A stretch of 64,000 bases of DNA from an uncultured Gammaproteobacteria bacterium (GTDB lineage Bacteria; Patescibacteriota; Microgenomatia; Levybacterales; UBA12049), in assembly GCA_965230895.1 (NCBI GenBank), contig OZ246394.1, forward strand, positions 1,441,887-1,505,886, in the 5' to 3' direction. Shown piece after piece: positions 19,538-31,300 of this stretch; within the stretch, counting starts at the first letter, position 1, and the number at the start of each line of letters is the position of its first letter. The notes under the pieces are model-generated. The model saw only the letters and a program-made list of their open reading frames with translations, was not told where the DNA came from and did not search any database. Position numbers and translations under genes: made by a program.

Positions 19538-20425
19538 TTAGGCTAGCTTCCAAAGTGCTAGTCCATTTAATGCTTCAGTTTGCTTTTTATTCATCATACG
19601 GTGAGTGGCAAAACGTTTCTCAAGGTTAATTGTTTTGAGTTTGTTGCTGATGTTCTCTCGAGCGATATCCAAGGTTGTGATACGAGACGCATAACGTGCG
19701 AGTTCGGATTCTGTAACTGTCTGATGGATGATTCCAGCAAAGATTTCTCCTTCAAAGAAGGCGAGGATCTTCTCCAGAGAAGGTTCAAATAAATAATGGA
19801 CCATCAATGCGGATTCTCCAGCAGGTGCTTTCTCATGACCTGAAACATCAAGTGAAGCTACGGTTTGAGAAGCGAGACTCTCAAATCGAGGATAGAAAAT
19901 GATAACGTTTTCAAACTTTACTAATTCTTTTGTTACTTGTTCAAGACCGTGTTCGGTGGCTTCTTTTTCTGAAAAGGCGTAAAAGGTAAAAGTACGTCCA
20001 GGAAATTGATCAGTGAATAATTTCTTTCCAAATTCTCCAATGATGATTGGTTCTGCTGGATGCTCATCAAGATATTCGACAAATTCTTTGTAGGTCTTTT
20101 GCAAGATTTTACTAAAGAATCCGGAATTTGCCGAAAGGAACACACATGCAGTTTTTCCATTCCCTCGTTTAAGCGACATTGTGTCTGGTTTTGAGCCAGG
20201 AAGCATACCATGCTTTTCTGCCACGAGGTGCATGATTTGATTTTTATAAGAGATAGTTACTTCTCTGTAGATATCGGCAAGTTCAGCATTTAAGTCTCGA
20301 CTCTCCAACACTTGGCCTCGAATACTACGCATCTTCATACTAGCGATTTCTTCAGAGGCTCCCACGATTTCTTTGATACCTGTGAGATCTTCAATTTGTG
20401 TCAGAATGTTTTTGATATAGTTCAT
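19538..20425 (-). CDS. atpG: F1 ATPase gamma subunit (divergent); likely start ATG 20425
   Basis: EIVGASEEIASMKM N-terminal helix, LSANSGFF, YLFEPS, SELARYASRI..ARENI; lies between alpha and beta. The track start overlaps atpA. Confidence 0.85.
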   Translation of the reverse strand: MNYIKNILTQIEDLTGIKEIVGASEEIASMKMRSIRGQVLESRDLNAELADIYREVTISYKNQIMHLVAEKHGMLPGSKPDTMSLKRGNGKTACVFLSANSGFFSKILQKTYKEFVEYLDEHPAEPIIIGEFGKKLFTDQFPGRTFTFYAFSEKEATEHGLEQVTKELVKFENVIIFYPRFESLASQTVASLDVSGHEKAPAGESALMVHYLFEPSLEKILAFFEGEIFAGIIHQTVTESELARYASRITTLDIARENISNKLKTINLEKRFATHRMMNKKQTEALNGLALWKLA

Positions 20426-20432
20426 AGTGTAT

Positions 20433-21926
20433 TTATATATTAACGAGTGGTGTTCTCTGTACACCGAAGACATGAAGCAACTTTTCTTGACGACTTCTGA
20501 TATCTTGCAACATGTCGTTTAAGGTTTTTGCATTGTTCACAATTTCTTTTACGAGTGCTTGTGCCTCTATGTTGTTGTCGTATGTATGCGTGATGGTTTG
20601 GATATCTTGCTCCATCTTTGCGTGATCATCCCAATTCTCCATCCATAGGAGTCCGAATATTACGATCTGTAAGTCTAATGTCTTTACATCAGTTGCACCT
20701 TGCGTGAAGTAGGCAAAGATACGATCAGCAACAGCCATCGTCTTCTTGATACCTGCACCAGCTTCCGCTGTAAAGTGGCTGAAGTTCTCTAGGCGTTGAT
20801 GAAGCGTCAGGAAACTTATCAACTCACGGTGAATACTCAAACGCAGCGGAGTTTGCGTCTGACGGCCGACACGACTAACAGAAAGGAAAGGATTGATTGC
20901 TGGACGATTACCTTTGGTAAACATATCGACATCAAAGTAGATATGGCCATCAGTCATTGACATAAGATTGGTTTGAATGAAACCGGCAATATCTCCTTCG
21001 ACAGATTCAACGACAGGCAAACAAGTGATCGAGTGCTCACTTCCGTTTGCGAGGACAAAATTTCCTGCACGTTCAAGCAGGCGTGCATGAGTATAGAAGA
21101 TATCAGCAGGGTAGGCATTTCGTCCAGGGAAACGTCGTCCGATAAGCATGATTTCACGGTATACTTTTGCGTGGGTGAACAGATCATCAAGCACTAAGAG
21201 CACATCATGTCCTTCGTCTCTGTAATATTCAGCCAAAGTCATCGCTGCAAATGGAGTGAGGTATGTGATACCGGAAGGATCTTCTGAGCTTGATGCAATA
21301 ATGACTGTGTTGTCGATGATGCCTGCATTTTTGAAGTAGGTTTCAATCTTCTTAATATCCGTTTTCTTTCGACCGATACCTGCATAGATACAGATTGTTC
21401 CAAGTTTTGATTGCTTCAGAATTGTTTGAAAGAGGAAACTTGTCTTACCGGTCTTTCTGTTTCCAATAACAAGTTGTCTTTGGCCTTTTCCAAGTGGTAC
21501 AAGCAGGTCTACCATGGTGACGCCTGTCTCAAGTGGAGTCACAATACGCTTACGAGTATTGATACCGCTTGGATTGATATCTATTGGTCGTGAAATTTTG
21601 GGTTTCTCAATAGTTTTTCCTACCTCCAAAGGCCGTCCAAAAGGATCTACTGTTTGTCCAAGGAGTTCAAATCCGACAGGCATTTCCTGCCTTGCTCCAG
21701 TACGAGTGACTCGAGTTCCAGCTTTAATTGAGTATTTTGAAAAGAGGAGAATTTCTACCTGATCACGGCTCATCGACAAGATCATTCCGAACTCTCCAGT
21801 CTCAAACATCACAATTTCCTGAAGTGTTGCTTGTGGCAAACCGTTCACATACACAATCGATTGATTGGATGCCTCTACAAAACCTACTTCTTCACTTGTG
21901 CTTAGATAATGCTGAAATGTTTTCAT
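20433..21926 (-). CDS. atpA: F1 ATPase alpha subunit (divergent, short N-terminus)
   Basis: GKGQRQLVIGNRKTGKT, DDLFTHAKVYRE, PGRNAYPADIFYTHARLLERAG, TNLMSMTDGHI, SVSRVG. Confidence 0.93.
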   Translation of the reverse strand: MKTFQHYLSTSEEVGFVEASNQSIVYVNGLPQATLQEIVMFETGEFGMILSMSRDQVEILLFSKYSIKAGTRVTRTGARQEMPVGFELLGQTVDPFGRPLEVGKTIEKPKISRPIDINPSGINTRKRIVTPLETGVTMVDLLVPLGKGQRQLVIGNRKTGKTSFLFQTILKQSKLGTICIYAGIGRKKTDIKKIETYFKNAGIIDNTVIIASSSEDPSGITYLTPFAAMTLAEYYRDEGHDVLLVLDDLFTHAKVYREIMLIGRRFPGRNAYPADIFYTHARLLERAGNFVLANGSEHSITCLPVVESVEGDIAGFIQTNLMSMTDGHIYFDVDMFTKGNRPAINPFLSVSRVGRQTQTPLRLSIHRELISFLTLHQRLENFSHFTAEAGAGIKKTMAVADRIFAYFTQGATDVKTLDLQIVIFGLLWMENWDDHAKMEQDIQTITHTYDNNIEAQALVKEIVNNAKTLNDMLQDIRSRQEKLLHVFGVQRTPLVNI

Positions 21927-22426
21927 GTTAGAAGTCCCATTATTTCGTCACGCTGGATTTGGAACCGTCCAGCCAACTTTTTGCGTACTGAAAAATCTTT
22001 ATATTGACCACCAGAGATGATAAGTGCGCCACCAACGATCGTCTTATCAAATTGTAAATCAATGATTGCTGTGGGTCCTACATTCTTTTTCACCCATTCA
22101 GAAAATGTTGTGATAGCATCTTCATCTGGTTGGAAGGCGAGTGTTAGTTGGATGACATTAAGTTTACGCAGTTTATCTTTTAATTCCTCGAGCGATTTGG
22201 ATATTGGTCCATGGCTTTCATGCGTAACTTCCTGTTTAAGAAGGTTATCTTTGAGTACTTGTCCAAGATCGTGGGGGAGATTATCAAAAATCCGTTGTAA
22301 TTCAGTACTTCCTTTCGGTGCGAAGAAGTTGTTCGAGAACTCATCAAGACAGATAAGAACAGCTGTCATTTCTGACTTCAGTCGAAGCTTACTTGTAATT
22401 TGATCAAAAAGGGCAGTTGTATCCAT
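21923..22426 (-). CDS. atpH: F1 delta/OSCP-like subunit
   Basis: C-terminal DKTIVGGALIISGGQYKDFSVRKKL matches the delta motif D..iiGG..i..g....D.S; position before alpha. Confidence 0.75.
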   Translation of the reverse strand: MDTTALFDQITSKLRLKSEMTAVLICLDEFSNNFFAPKGSTELQRIFDNLPHDLGQVLKDNLLKQEVTHESHGPISKSLEELKDKLRKLNVIQLTLAFQPDEDAITTFSEWVKKNVGPTAIIDLQFDKTIVGGALIISGGQYKDFSVRKKLAGRFQIQRDEIMGLLT

Positions 22427-22443
22427 AATGGTGTGATGCGTTT

Positions 22444-23157
22444 CTACTTAAATACTTGTTCTTTCTTTGCAGTTTCAAGTGCTTCAAGAACGAGTTGCTT
22501 GTGTGTATCAAAGGTAATGCCTTGGCTTAATACCATCTCTGAAACTCTATACAAAATTTTGTAAATGTCTTCATCCATCTTCTGATACTTTTGTTTCTTA
22601 TAATCCTGTAGTTCCTTTTCAATCATGAGATACTCTTCATCAATTTTCTCTTTCACAACTTTCTCACTGTTTATAGTTTCTTTCTCAAGTGTCTCTCTGA
22701 ATTCTTTAAAGTCGGCAAGTACGTCTGATTGGATATCCTTTGTCATCGACTTCAGTGAGTTAATGTCCTGCTCTTGAATTTGTGTCATCATGTCTTGATA
22801 TGCTGTTTTCATTTCTTCTGAAGCTTGATTGAAGACTTCAGCCTGTTCTTGCTCAAGCTGTGTCAGCTTCTCTTTGAGCACGCTATTTGAGTTATCTTCA
22901 TATGCCTTACTGCTGGCGAGAATATCATTGGCATGTTTGTTTGCTTGGTCAATAATTTCTTGTGCTTTTCCATGTGCTTCCTCAAGCAGCTTGATTGGCT
23001 TCTCAGACATTTGGTTTTGCAGGTGCCGATTGAGTTCTTCAGTTTGGTGAAGCTTTTGACCATTTCTTGTATAAGAAATAGCCAGGACAAGAAGTGCCGC
23101 AGCAAGTACAGCAATTGTCACAGCAAGAAAAATTAATGTAATTGGTTCAATAGTCAT
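22444..23157 (-). CDS. atpF: Subunit b-like peripheral stalk protein (single TM plus long coiled coil)
   Basis: N-terminal TM; EEAHGKAQEIIDQANKHANDIL heptads; position between c-like gene and delta; longer than a typical b subunit. Confidence 0.65.
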   Translation of the reverse strand: MTIEPITLIFLAVTIAVLAAALLVLAISYTRNGQKLHQTEELNRHLQNQMSEKPIKLLEEAHGKAQEIIDQANKHANDILASSKAYEDNSNSVLKEKLTQLEQEQAEVFNQASEEMKTAYQDMMTQIQEQDINSLKSMTKDIQSDVLADFKEFRETLEKETINSEKVVKEKIDEEYLMIEKELQDYKKQKYQKMDEDIYKILYRVSEMVLSQGITFDTHKQLVLEALETAKKEQVFK

Positions 23158-23161
23158 GGTT

Positions 23162-23932
23162 TTATAGTACTAGAATCAAATACGCGATAGCAACACCAAA
23201 GAACATAATTGCGATTGTAACCATACTATTGATGAAGACACTCAAAAGGATAGCTTGTTTTGCAAGTGGATTACGCCCGATTGCTTCAACACCACGATTA
23301 GATGATCGTGCAAAGAATCTAAATCCGAAGAAGAAGGAGAGTAAGGCGATACTTCCTGAGACAACATATCGAACAAAGCCCAATGGTGTTTCCATCGCAG
23401 CCACAAATCCCATTGTTGCTGTATTCCAAAGATTCCTTGTGATATCGTTTGATACTCTTGCGAAATGAGGATGGAGAGTTACTAAAATAGTTCCAACTTT
23501 AGTTTTGTCGTTGTTACTATAATCCTGATCTGCTGTTCCGATAACATAGCCATTGTCGGTAGCTTTTTGTCCAACACCTGGTGTCGTTGATGATGTTATG
23601 AAATCTCCGCGTTGGATATTTCCATTTTGTGAAGAGACTCTCACTCGAACTTGCCCGACACTGATAATTGGAAGGTCGGTTGGAGAAGTTGTATCACTCA
23701 AGTAGACTGCAGGTTTTTTACTGACAACACCAAAGACTTGCGGATCATAGGCTGATGCAGTCTTTTTGTATCCTTCCGATGTAGCACTGATGATATCTCC
23801 GTCCTGAACGTTTTTATCCTCAACCGTAATACCAATTGCAGTACCATTGGAGAGATCGGATGCAAACACAGGGGCAATAGCTGAACCAAACAGCAGGGCA
23901 ATCACTGTAGCAAGAATACTTTTTCTAAGCAT
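23162..23932 (-). CDS. Fusion protein: signal peptide, exported intramolecular-chaperone-like domain, and ATP synthase subunit c-like hairpin without acidic residue
   Basis: Signal ending VFA-S; two C-terminal TM helices joined by GVEAIGRNP (c-subunit loop EaiaR[N/Q]P); occupies the atpE position; soluble part aligns with 52738-53160 of giant gene 2. Confidence 0.8.
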   Translation of the reverse strand: MLRKSILATVIALLFGSAIAPVFASDLSNGTAIGITVEDKNVQDGDIISATSEGYKKTASAYDPQVFGVVSKKPAVYLSDTTSPTDLPIISVGQVRVRVSSQNGNIQRGDFITSSTTPGVGQKATDNGYVIGTADQDYSNNDKTKVGTILVTLHPHFARVSNDITRNLWNTATMGFVAAMETPLGFVRYVVSGSIALLSFFFGFRFFARSSNRGVEAIGRNPLAKQAILLSVFINSMVTIAIMFFGVAIAYLILVL

Positions 23933-23978
23933 AGTTCCTCCTTATTCTATAGTACGCAGGAATTGGAAGGGATGTCAA
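23933..23978 (-). promoter_or_regulatory. Promoter and strong Shine-Dalgarno at the head of the atp-like operon
   Basis: Minus strand TTGACA(23978-23973)-N18-TACTAT(23954-23949); AAGGAGG(23943-23937) 4 nt before the ATG. Confidence 0.7.
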
Positions 23979-24034
23979 GGTAACGAAGCGGTTCTTTGTG
24001 GTGCACGTTAAACGAATGAGAAATATATTTCAAA

Positions 24035-24988
24035 TTATATCCTAGTATATCTTACTGATCTACCTTTGCCTTGAGTAAAGAGCAATCCTAATGAGGTTAA
24101 TTTTGCTAAATCACGTGAAGCAGTAATTTGCGAAATATGGAAAATCTTTTGGACGGTGCGATTTGTGATGACAGTTTTGGGATCATCAAGTAATGTCATT
24201 ATTGTTTTTTGTCGTTCATTAAGTTCTCCAATCTTTTCTTGAACCGGCAATTTTTCAGTTTGGGATAATTGTGAATAAGTAAGCTCAAGACTTTGAGAAA
24301 GAGTCTTTACAAAATACTCAACCCAACTCGTTACATTAGGCTTTGCTACAGCTGTTTGATAATGACCCAGAAAAATCTTATGTTCTTCAGCCCAAGGCTT
24401 TTCTAGAACCATAAGCCCTCGACAATCTATACCACCTCTGTACAAAAAGAGATAACTGCAAAGAGTCGAGAACATATCTGCTTTTATCCCTGGAGGTAAA
24501 AGGCTTCTGTATAAAAGTTTTGCGATTGCACCTTGGACATATGGATTATCTGAACTTACTTGGAGATATGTAGTAATTTCCTGGAGATGTTTTTCGGTTG
24601 TTGCTGATTTTTCTCCACCAATATAATCATATATTTGCATAATGTTTTTTACGTGTACTGGATTAGGGTTTAAAGTCCAATCCCTTTTGATATAGTCAAG
24701 AGACTGTTTGTATCCTAAAACAGTATTTTGTATCAGATCTCTTTTCTGAGGATTTTTTTGCATTGCAAAAACAATTTGATTAGACAAAATTGATTTTATT
24801 TTTTCTCGCAGAACTGGGATTTCTGTTTCTGTTAATCCAAAATAAATGCGGTCCATTGTCGCTGCAAACTGGACGGTCAATTCCTTCTTTGGCTCCATAG
24901 GGTAGAGGATGATTTGTTTGCGTGCCACTTCAGCTTTTTCAAGAAAGCGAAGCATGTATGGTGAGATAGCATAGACGATATCGAGCAT
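24035..24988 (-). CDS. Fic-like (degenerate active site) protein with C-terminal winged HTH; likely start ATG 24988
   Basis: C-terminal ELNERQ..ITNRTVQKIFHISQITASRDLAKL..GKGRSVRY wHTH as in Fic-HTH proteins; the expected HPFxDGNGR position reads LLPPGIKADMFS; promoter TTGACG-N17-TACTTT-N6-ATG. Confidence 0.6.
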   Translation of the reverse strand: MLDIVYAISPYMLRFLEKAEVARKQIILYPMEPKKELTVQFAATMDRIYFGLTETEIPVLREKIKSILSNQIVFAMQKNPQKRDLIQNTVLGYKQSLDYIKRDWTLNPNPVHVKNIMQIYDYIGGEKSATTEKHLQEITTYLQVSSDNPYVQGAIAKLLYRSLLPPGIKADMFSTLCSYLFLYRGGIDCRGLMVLEKPWAEEHKIFLGHYQTAVAKPNVTSWVEYFVKTLSQSLELTYSQLSQTEKLPVQEKIGELNERQKTIMTLLDDPKTVITNRTVQKIFHISQITASRDLAKLTSLGLLFTQGKGRSVRYTRI

Positions 24989-25193
24989 AAGCAAAAAGTA
25001 CCAAAATCCACAAAAACCGTCAAGGTATCAGAACATTAAACAATTTTTTGTAAAGTGATATTGTGATATCGATTACATCAGTTGATTTTAAAAGATTTTT
25101 CACGGAGATTTTTGTCCTGCATAGGGACATTTTTTGTTTGCAAAACGACTCAGAAGACAAACTTATCCATTTGAAGCTAGATCAGTAAATAAT

Positions 25194-25272
25194 GATAAGA
25201 TTAAGATAAGATAATACTCAGCCTTGACAAGCCATATTAATATATGTAGTAATAAATATACTGGCAAAAGTT
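25194..25272 (+). promoter_or_regulatory. Conserved giant-gene promoter block, copy 1
   Basis: GATAAG repeats, TTGACA(25224-25229), identical 18-mer ATTAATATATGTAGTAAT(25236-25253), then TATACTGGCAAAAGTT. Confidence 0.8.
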
Positions 25273-25318
25273 AAGCAAACCTATCCATTTGTGCGTGAAA
25301 ACTAGCCGGTGCTGCCCA

Positions 25319-28300
25319 ATGAACGAATCACTGCTCACAATACAGGAAGCTGCGAAGCTATTAGGAGTTTCTCCAACAACGCTTCGTCGCTGGGAAGAAC
25401 GAAAGGTTCTTCTTCCGTATCGAACTGCTGGAAACCAGCGAAGATATTCTCGAGAACAGCTTTTAGCCTTCAAAAAGAATGGTTACAGACCAGTCCAAAT
25501 GGCCTCCGTAGCTCCGTCTGATGCTCCAAAGGTGAATGAACCTATCGTTACTCCGATGCATCAAGCACAAGCTTCTGTTGACCAACTCATCACTCCTCAA
25601 TCTCCAGTCCAAACAACAGCTAATCCAATCTTAGTAACGCAGACTCAAAATGAGGCTAATGTCCAAGTTTCTGATATAGTTAGTCAAGCTCAAGAGAGGG
25701 TCGTTTCGGGGTACAAAATGCCATCCCGCTTGCCAAATGTCCGTGAGCTATCTCCAATGGCGGGTGTATTTGCTGCGCTTGTCGTCTTCGTTGGATTTGT
25801 CCTTGCAGCATCGTTAGCTCCTACATGGGGTGAAGATTTAGATAGGCTTGGTAAAGGATTCCCAAGAGATGGAGCAAGCGCTCAGCAAGTTCTGGCTGCA
25901 AATGACAATACGCCTTTATTTGTTTTGAAAGTTAATGTTCCGAGTGTCTTTGGAAAGAAAGCTTCATTCCTCGATAGCGTCGATATTAGCAAAGGCTTAA
26001 CCGTGGGAGGCGTTGCTACGATGAGTGGCGGGATCATTACCAACAATGCTGACATCAATGCTGGAACTGGTCGGTTAACTGCATCAAACGTAGTCTATTC
26101 AGTACTCGCAGGCAATAATATCTCGATTACTGGTGACCCTCAAAATCCTACCATTTCAGCTGACTTCGGTGGAGGAGTAGTGAGTTCATTCCAAGGGCAA
26201 AGTGGAGCGGTTTCTTTGCTTCAAGGCTCGGGAATTGGACTTGATGGTTTGACGATCACAAACACAGGCGTACTTTCCGTTCAAGGTCAATCCGGTGCAG
26301 TTAATTTCACTGGAGGAGCAGGAATTACGCTCAATAATCTTACTATAACAAACAGTGATCCAGGTTCAGCTCAAAAGATCTTCAGTACGTTCAACATAGA
26401 TGGCACTCCTGTGGCTGCTAGCTCTAATACTGATACCTTCAATTTCGCTGCTGGAAGCGGAATTACGCTCAGTACAAATACTACAGACAAAATTTTGACT
26501 ATCTCGGCGAACGGAGGAGCCACAAGTCAATGGACAACTACAGGATCAGATATATATTATAACTTGGGTAATGTAGGCATAGGAAATTCAGCTCCAGGTA
26601 CAACGTTGGATGTCACTGGAGATGGAAGGTTTTCTGGTACGCTTACCGTCTCAGGCTTAAGTACAGGAATTGTCAAAGCAGATGGATCAGGATTACTCTC
26701 AACAAGCGCATTGAATCTAGCTGGAGGAGCTTCAGAAATAACTGGAGTTTTGCCTGTAGCAAATGGAGGTACAGGTTTATCTTCAATTCCTACAAATGGT
26801 CAACTTCTTATAGGTAATGGAACTGACTACACATTGGGCAACCTAACAGGCACAGTCAATCAGATTACTATAAGCAATGGTGCTGGCTCAATTACTTTTT
26901 CAACTCCTCAAGATATTCATACTGCAGCCTCACCAACGTTTGCAACTATGAACTTAACCAACAGCACAAACCAGCTTGTATTTGGAACTGGAACAACTGG
27001 CACGATCAGTATGGATCCATTAACCACAAATCGTACCTATACATTCCCGGATGCAAGTGGAACTGTTTGTTTAACTTCGGGAAATTGTAGTGGTGGAGGT
27101 GGTGGAGGTATATCGGGTGCTGGGACAACGAACTATATCGCCAAGTTCACCAGCTCGAGCGGTATATCGGATTCTTCGATTTACGATAATGGAAAAGTTG
27201 GTATAGGAACTACAAGCCCGGAAGGGCTTTTAACTGTTTCTGGGGGACCTGCTGGCAAGGCTCTTGCAGTGTTTAATTACACTGGGTCAGGACAAAATAT
27301 TTTGACTGCTTCAGCCTCTGGAACCACAAGACTTACAATCAACAGTTCCGGGGACCTAAATATCATCGGTGGTGCGTATCAAATTAATGGCACTTCAGTT
27401 TTAACTAGTAACACGCTTGGTTCAGGGATAGTCAATTCTTCACTTACTTCAGTTGGTGCACTTGACTCAGGTTCAATCACTGCAGGTTTTGGCAACATTA
27501 ACGTGGGTATGGACAGTATCAGTGGAGGCGATATAACTTCAGTTGGTCCTGTAGGATTTGTCTCAACAGGAAATGGTGCAGGCTTATCGTTCTCAGGTAC
27601 TGGAAACCACGACATAACAGCATCTTCAGGTGTGCTTCGATTAGGCGCTGTGACATTAACTGGTGCGCTTACTGGGAATGGCCAAAATGTCACAGGCTTA
27701 AATAATCTTTCTGCTGGAGGTACCGTAACCTTTGGTGGGCTTGGAACGGGTATCGTTCAAAGTAATGGTTCAGGAGTACTTTCAAGTGGTGCTTTGAACT
27801 TGGCTGGAGGAGCTTCCTACGTAACTGGAGTTCTCCCTGTGACAAATGGTGGTACAGGATTGAATTCATTCAATACAGGGGACCTTATCTTTGCCTCTGC
27901 AAGTAATACATTGGCTGCATTGCCAATCGGTACTGAAGGCCAGGTCCTTGCTGTTTCTGGAGCGGGAACTCCTACATGGATTTCTACCGGAACACTTAAT
28001 TATTGGCAGCGAGCAAACGGTGCACTTGCTCCATTAAATATCTCTGATGATCTTCTTGTAGGGGGTGTCTCAACAGCTTCCGCGAAATTTCAGATCTTTG
28101 GAATCTCAGGTAATGCATCAACTTCCGGAACCTTCACGTTTAATACTGCAGGCGTGATTCAAAGTACCAATAACCATGGTATTACAATTGGAGGTTCGAC
28201 AACAGGAAATATTACCTTGTCTCCACAAAATGGTTCTGGGACAGTCACTTCAACAGGGAATCTTAATCTTCTTTCGGGTAAGGTATATCAGATTAATGGA

Positions 28301-31300
28301 TCAAATGTCTTAACCTCATCAACACTTGGTTCTAGTGTCACTGCATCTTCATTGACATCGGTTGGTACATTGACTGGTGGTTCAATTGCCTCAGGATTTG
28401 GTACTATCGCTACTGCCAACACCATCACTGGTACAACGTTGAATGGCACAACTGGGATCAATACAGGTGCAGGTGGTGGAACGCAAAGAATTGACACTTC
28501 TGGTAACCTTACAAATATCGGAACAACCCAATTGAATGGCATCACTTATACATGGCCAGGTTCAGCGGGAGGAAGCAACAATGTTCTAACTTCTGATGGC
28601 AGTGGTGGTTTGAGTTGGAATGATGTAACTACATTACCAGGCGTAGGTGATATAACAGCAATTGGAGATGTTCTTTCTGGCCCTGCATTCACTGCTGGTG
28701 GTACGCAAGGAACCTCTTTGTACTTCTATGATGCAGATGGACGGGGACAACTTACTATAGCGAACCTAACTGCTGCTCGAACATATACATTACCTGATGC
28801 TTCCGGCACAATCTGCCTTGATTCTGGGAACTGTGCAGGATCAGGTGGTGGGATTGTTGGTACAGGTACAGCGGGTCAATTAGCTTTCTTTAATGGTACA
28901 GGTACAATAACATCTGAGACTTCAGGCTTTGCATGGGATGCAACAAATAAAAAGCTTGGCATTGGTACGGATACTCCAACAGGCAAGCTTACAGTTTCTG
29001 GTGCAGCTGCTGGGAAAGCGTTAGCTATATTTGATGAGCTTGGTGATCAGGACATATTCTCAGCTTCAGCTTCAGGAATTACACAATTGAGATTAGCTCG
29101 AAATGGTGACTTGGCAATTGAAGGAATGCTTTCTGATCTTACGCAAAATGCATTAACAGTGAATGACAACTTGAATTTAGTCTCAGGCAACGCATTCCAG
29201 ATAAATGGCACAAATGTTTTGAGCTCATCGACACTTGGCTCAGGGGTTGTTAGCTCCTCATTGACTTCCGTTGGAGCTCTTTCATCGGGTTCAATTGCAA
29301 ATGGGTTTGGCAGTATCTTTACTTCAAATACTATTCAAGGTAGTGACATCACTGCTTCTGGAACAACAGGATTTACTGCTTCCGGCAATGGTGCTGGTTT
29401 AACCTTCTCAGGCACGGGTAATCATAGCATAAGTGCATCATCCGGAACCCTCCAGATCGGAGCCGCGACGTTGACTGGTGACTTAACTGGTAACAGCCAA
29501 AGTATCGTCGGAGTAAACAATTTGTCTGCGAGTGGCACAATTACTTTTGGAGGTTTGTCGACAGGGATTGTAAAGAGTAACGGCTCTGGTATCCTTTCTT
29601 CAAGCGCAGTCAACCTAGCTTCAGGTGATATCACTGGTACGCTTGGAGTTGCAAATGGTGGTACAGGTATAACTTCAGTTGGTGGTGCTGGTGGAGTAGC
29701 TTACTCCAATGGATCAACCTTTGCCTTCACAGCAGCAGGATTAAGTGGTCAGGTGTTAGTTTCAAATGGTACAGGCGCACCTTCATGGACTGACCCATCA
29801 ACGCTCGGAACAAATTATTGGCAACGAAATTCAGGTTTGCTTGCACCTCTTAATATAGCTGATGATTTGGCTGTTGGTGGATCAAGTACAGGATCAGCGA
29901 AGTTCCAGATCTTTGGCGGGACAGGTAATGCTTCAACTTCAGGTACGCTAACGTTCAATACTGCAGGCACTATCCAGACAACCAATAATCAAACCTTAAC
30001 CTTCGGAGGCGCGAGTACCGGCAATATCGTCTTCTCACCATTAAATGGTGCGGGTACTGTATTAGTTAATGGTAGTATGAATCTTTCTTCAGGTAATACA
30101 TATCAGATTAATGGAACAACTGTGTTATCTGCAACAACTCTTGGGACGGGAGTTGTCAATTCTTCGCTTACAAATGTCGGAATTTTGACTGGAGGCTCTA
30201 TTGCTTCCGGATTTGGAACAATCGCTACTGCCAATACAATTACCGGTACTACTATAAATGGAACGACTGGAATTAATACCGGTGCAGGAGCTGGTACACA
30301 ACGAATTACTAATAATGGTAATTTGGTTAATATCGGAACAACCCAATTAAATGGTGTAACGTATACCTGGCCAAGTGCAGATGGATCATCTGATTATGTG
30401 CTGACAACTGACAGCAGTGGTGGATTAACATGGAAGAATGTAACATCTGTCGGTGGAGCAGGTGATATAACAGCGATTGGAGATGTCACTTCAGGAGCGG
30501 CATTTACAGCTGCTGGTACACAAGGAACCTCTTTGTATTTCTATGATACAGATGGACGTGGTCAAGTAACCATTGCAAACCTCACAGCGCCTCGAACATA
30601 CACATTGCCTGATGCTTCCGGCACCGTTTGTCTCGATTCCGGTAACTGTGCTGGATCTGGTGGTGGTTTGACGGGAAGTGGAACTGCGGGACAAGTTGCA
30701 TTCTTCAATGGGACTGGTACTTTGACATCTGAAACATCAGGATTTGCTTGGGATGCAACAAATAAGAAGCTTGGTATTGGTACAAATACTCCAACCGGTA
30801 AATTGACGGTTTCTGGAGGTGCGACAGGAAAAGCACTTGCAGTCTTCGATGAAACAGGTGATCAGGATATCATTACTGCGTCTGCGTCAGGTACAACACA
30901 GTTTGTTCTTAACCGAAATGGTAATCTCGCAATTGAAGGTCAGCTTTCCGATCTCTCTCAGAATACACTTACTGTTAATGACAATTTGAACCTCACAACC
31001 GGAAATGAGTTCCAAATCAACAGCGCAAGCATCTTGAGTGCTTCAACTCTTGGTTCAAGTGTCATCAATTCATCTTTGACGTCAGTTGGAGCTTTGACGA
31101 GTGGCTCTATTGCTTCAGGCTTTGGTACTATATTAACAACTAATACCATCCAGGGTTCAGATATTACCGCATCAGGAGCTACAGGGTTTACCGCTTCTGG
31201 TAATGGAGCTGGATTGACGTTCTCAGGCACGGGTAATCATATCGTAAGTGCATCATCTGGAACACTCCAATTTGGTGCAGCCACATTGACTGGTGCAATC

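Noticed and set aside
25224-25262. Classical MerR 19-bp-spacer promoter
   Set aside because: The best -10 candidate (TAGTAA) is 16-17 nt from TTGACA, the spacer has no clear dyad, and the proteins lack the MerR coiled-coil/effector domain.
20426-25318. Track start codons for atpG (20473), the Fic-like gene (24994) and giant gene 1 (25289)
   Set aside because: Downstream ATGs (20425, 24988, 25319) fit better with gene overlap, promoter spacing and paralogue alignment.
25319-25480. IS607-like transposon suggested by the HTH
   Set aside because: No serine recombinase domain or TnpB follows; the HTH is in frame with a TM and fibre in all three paralogues.
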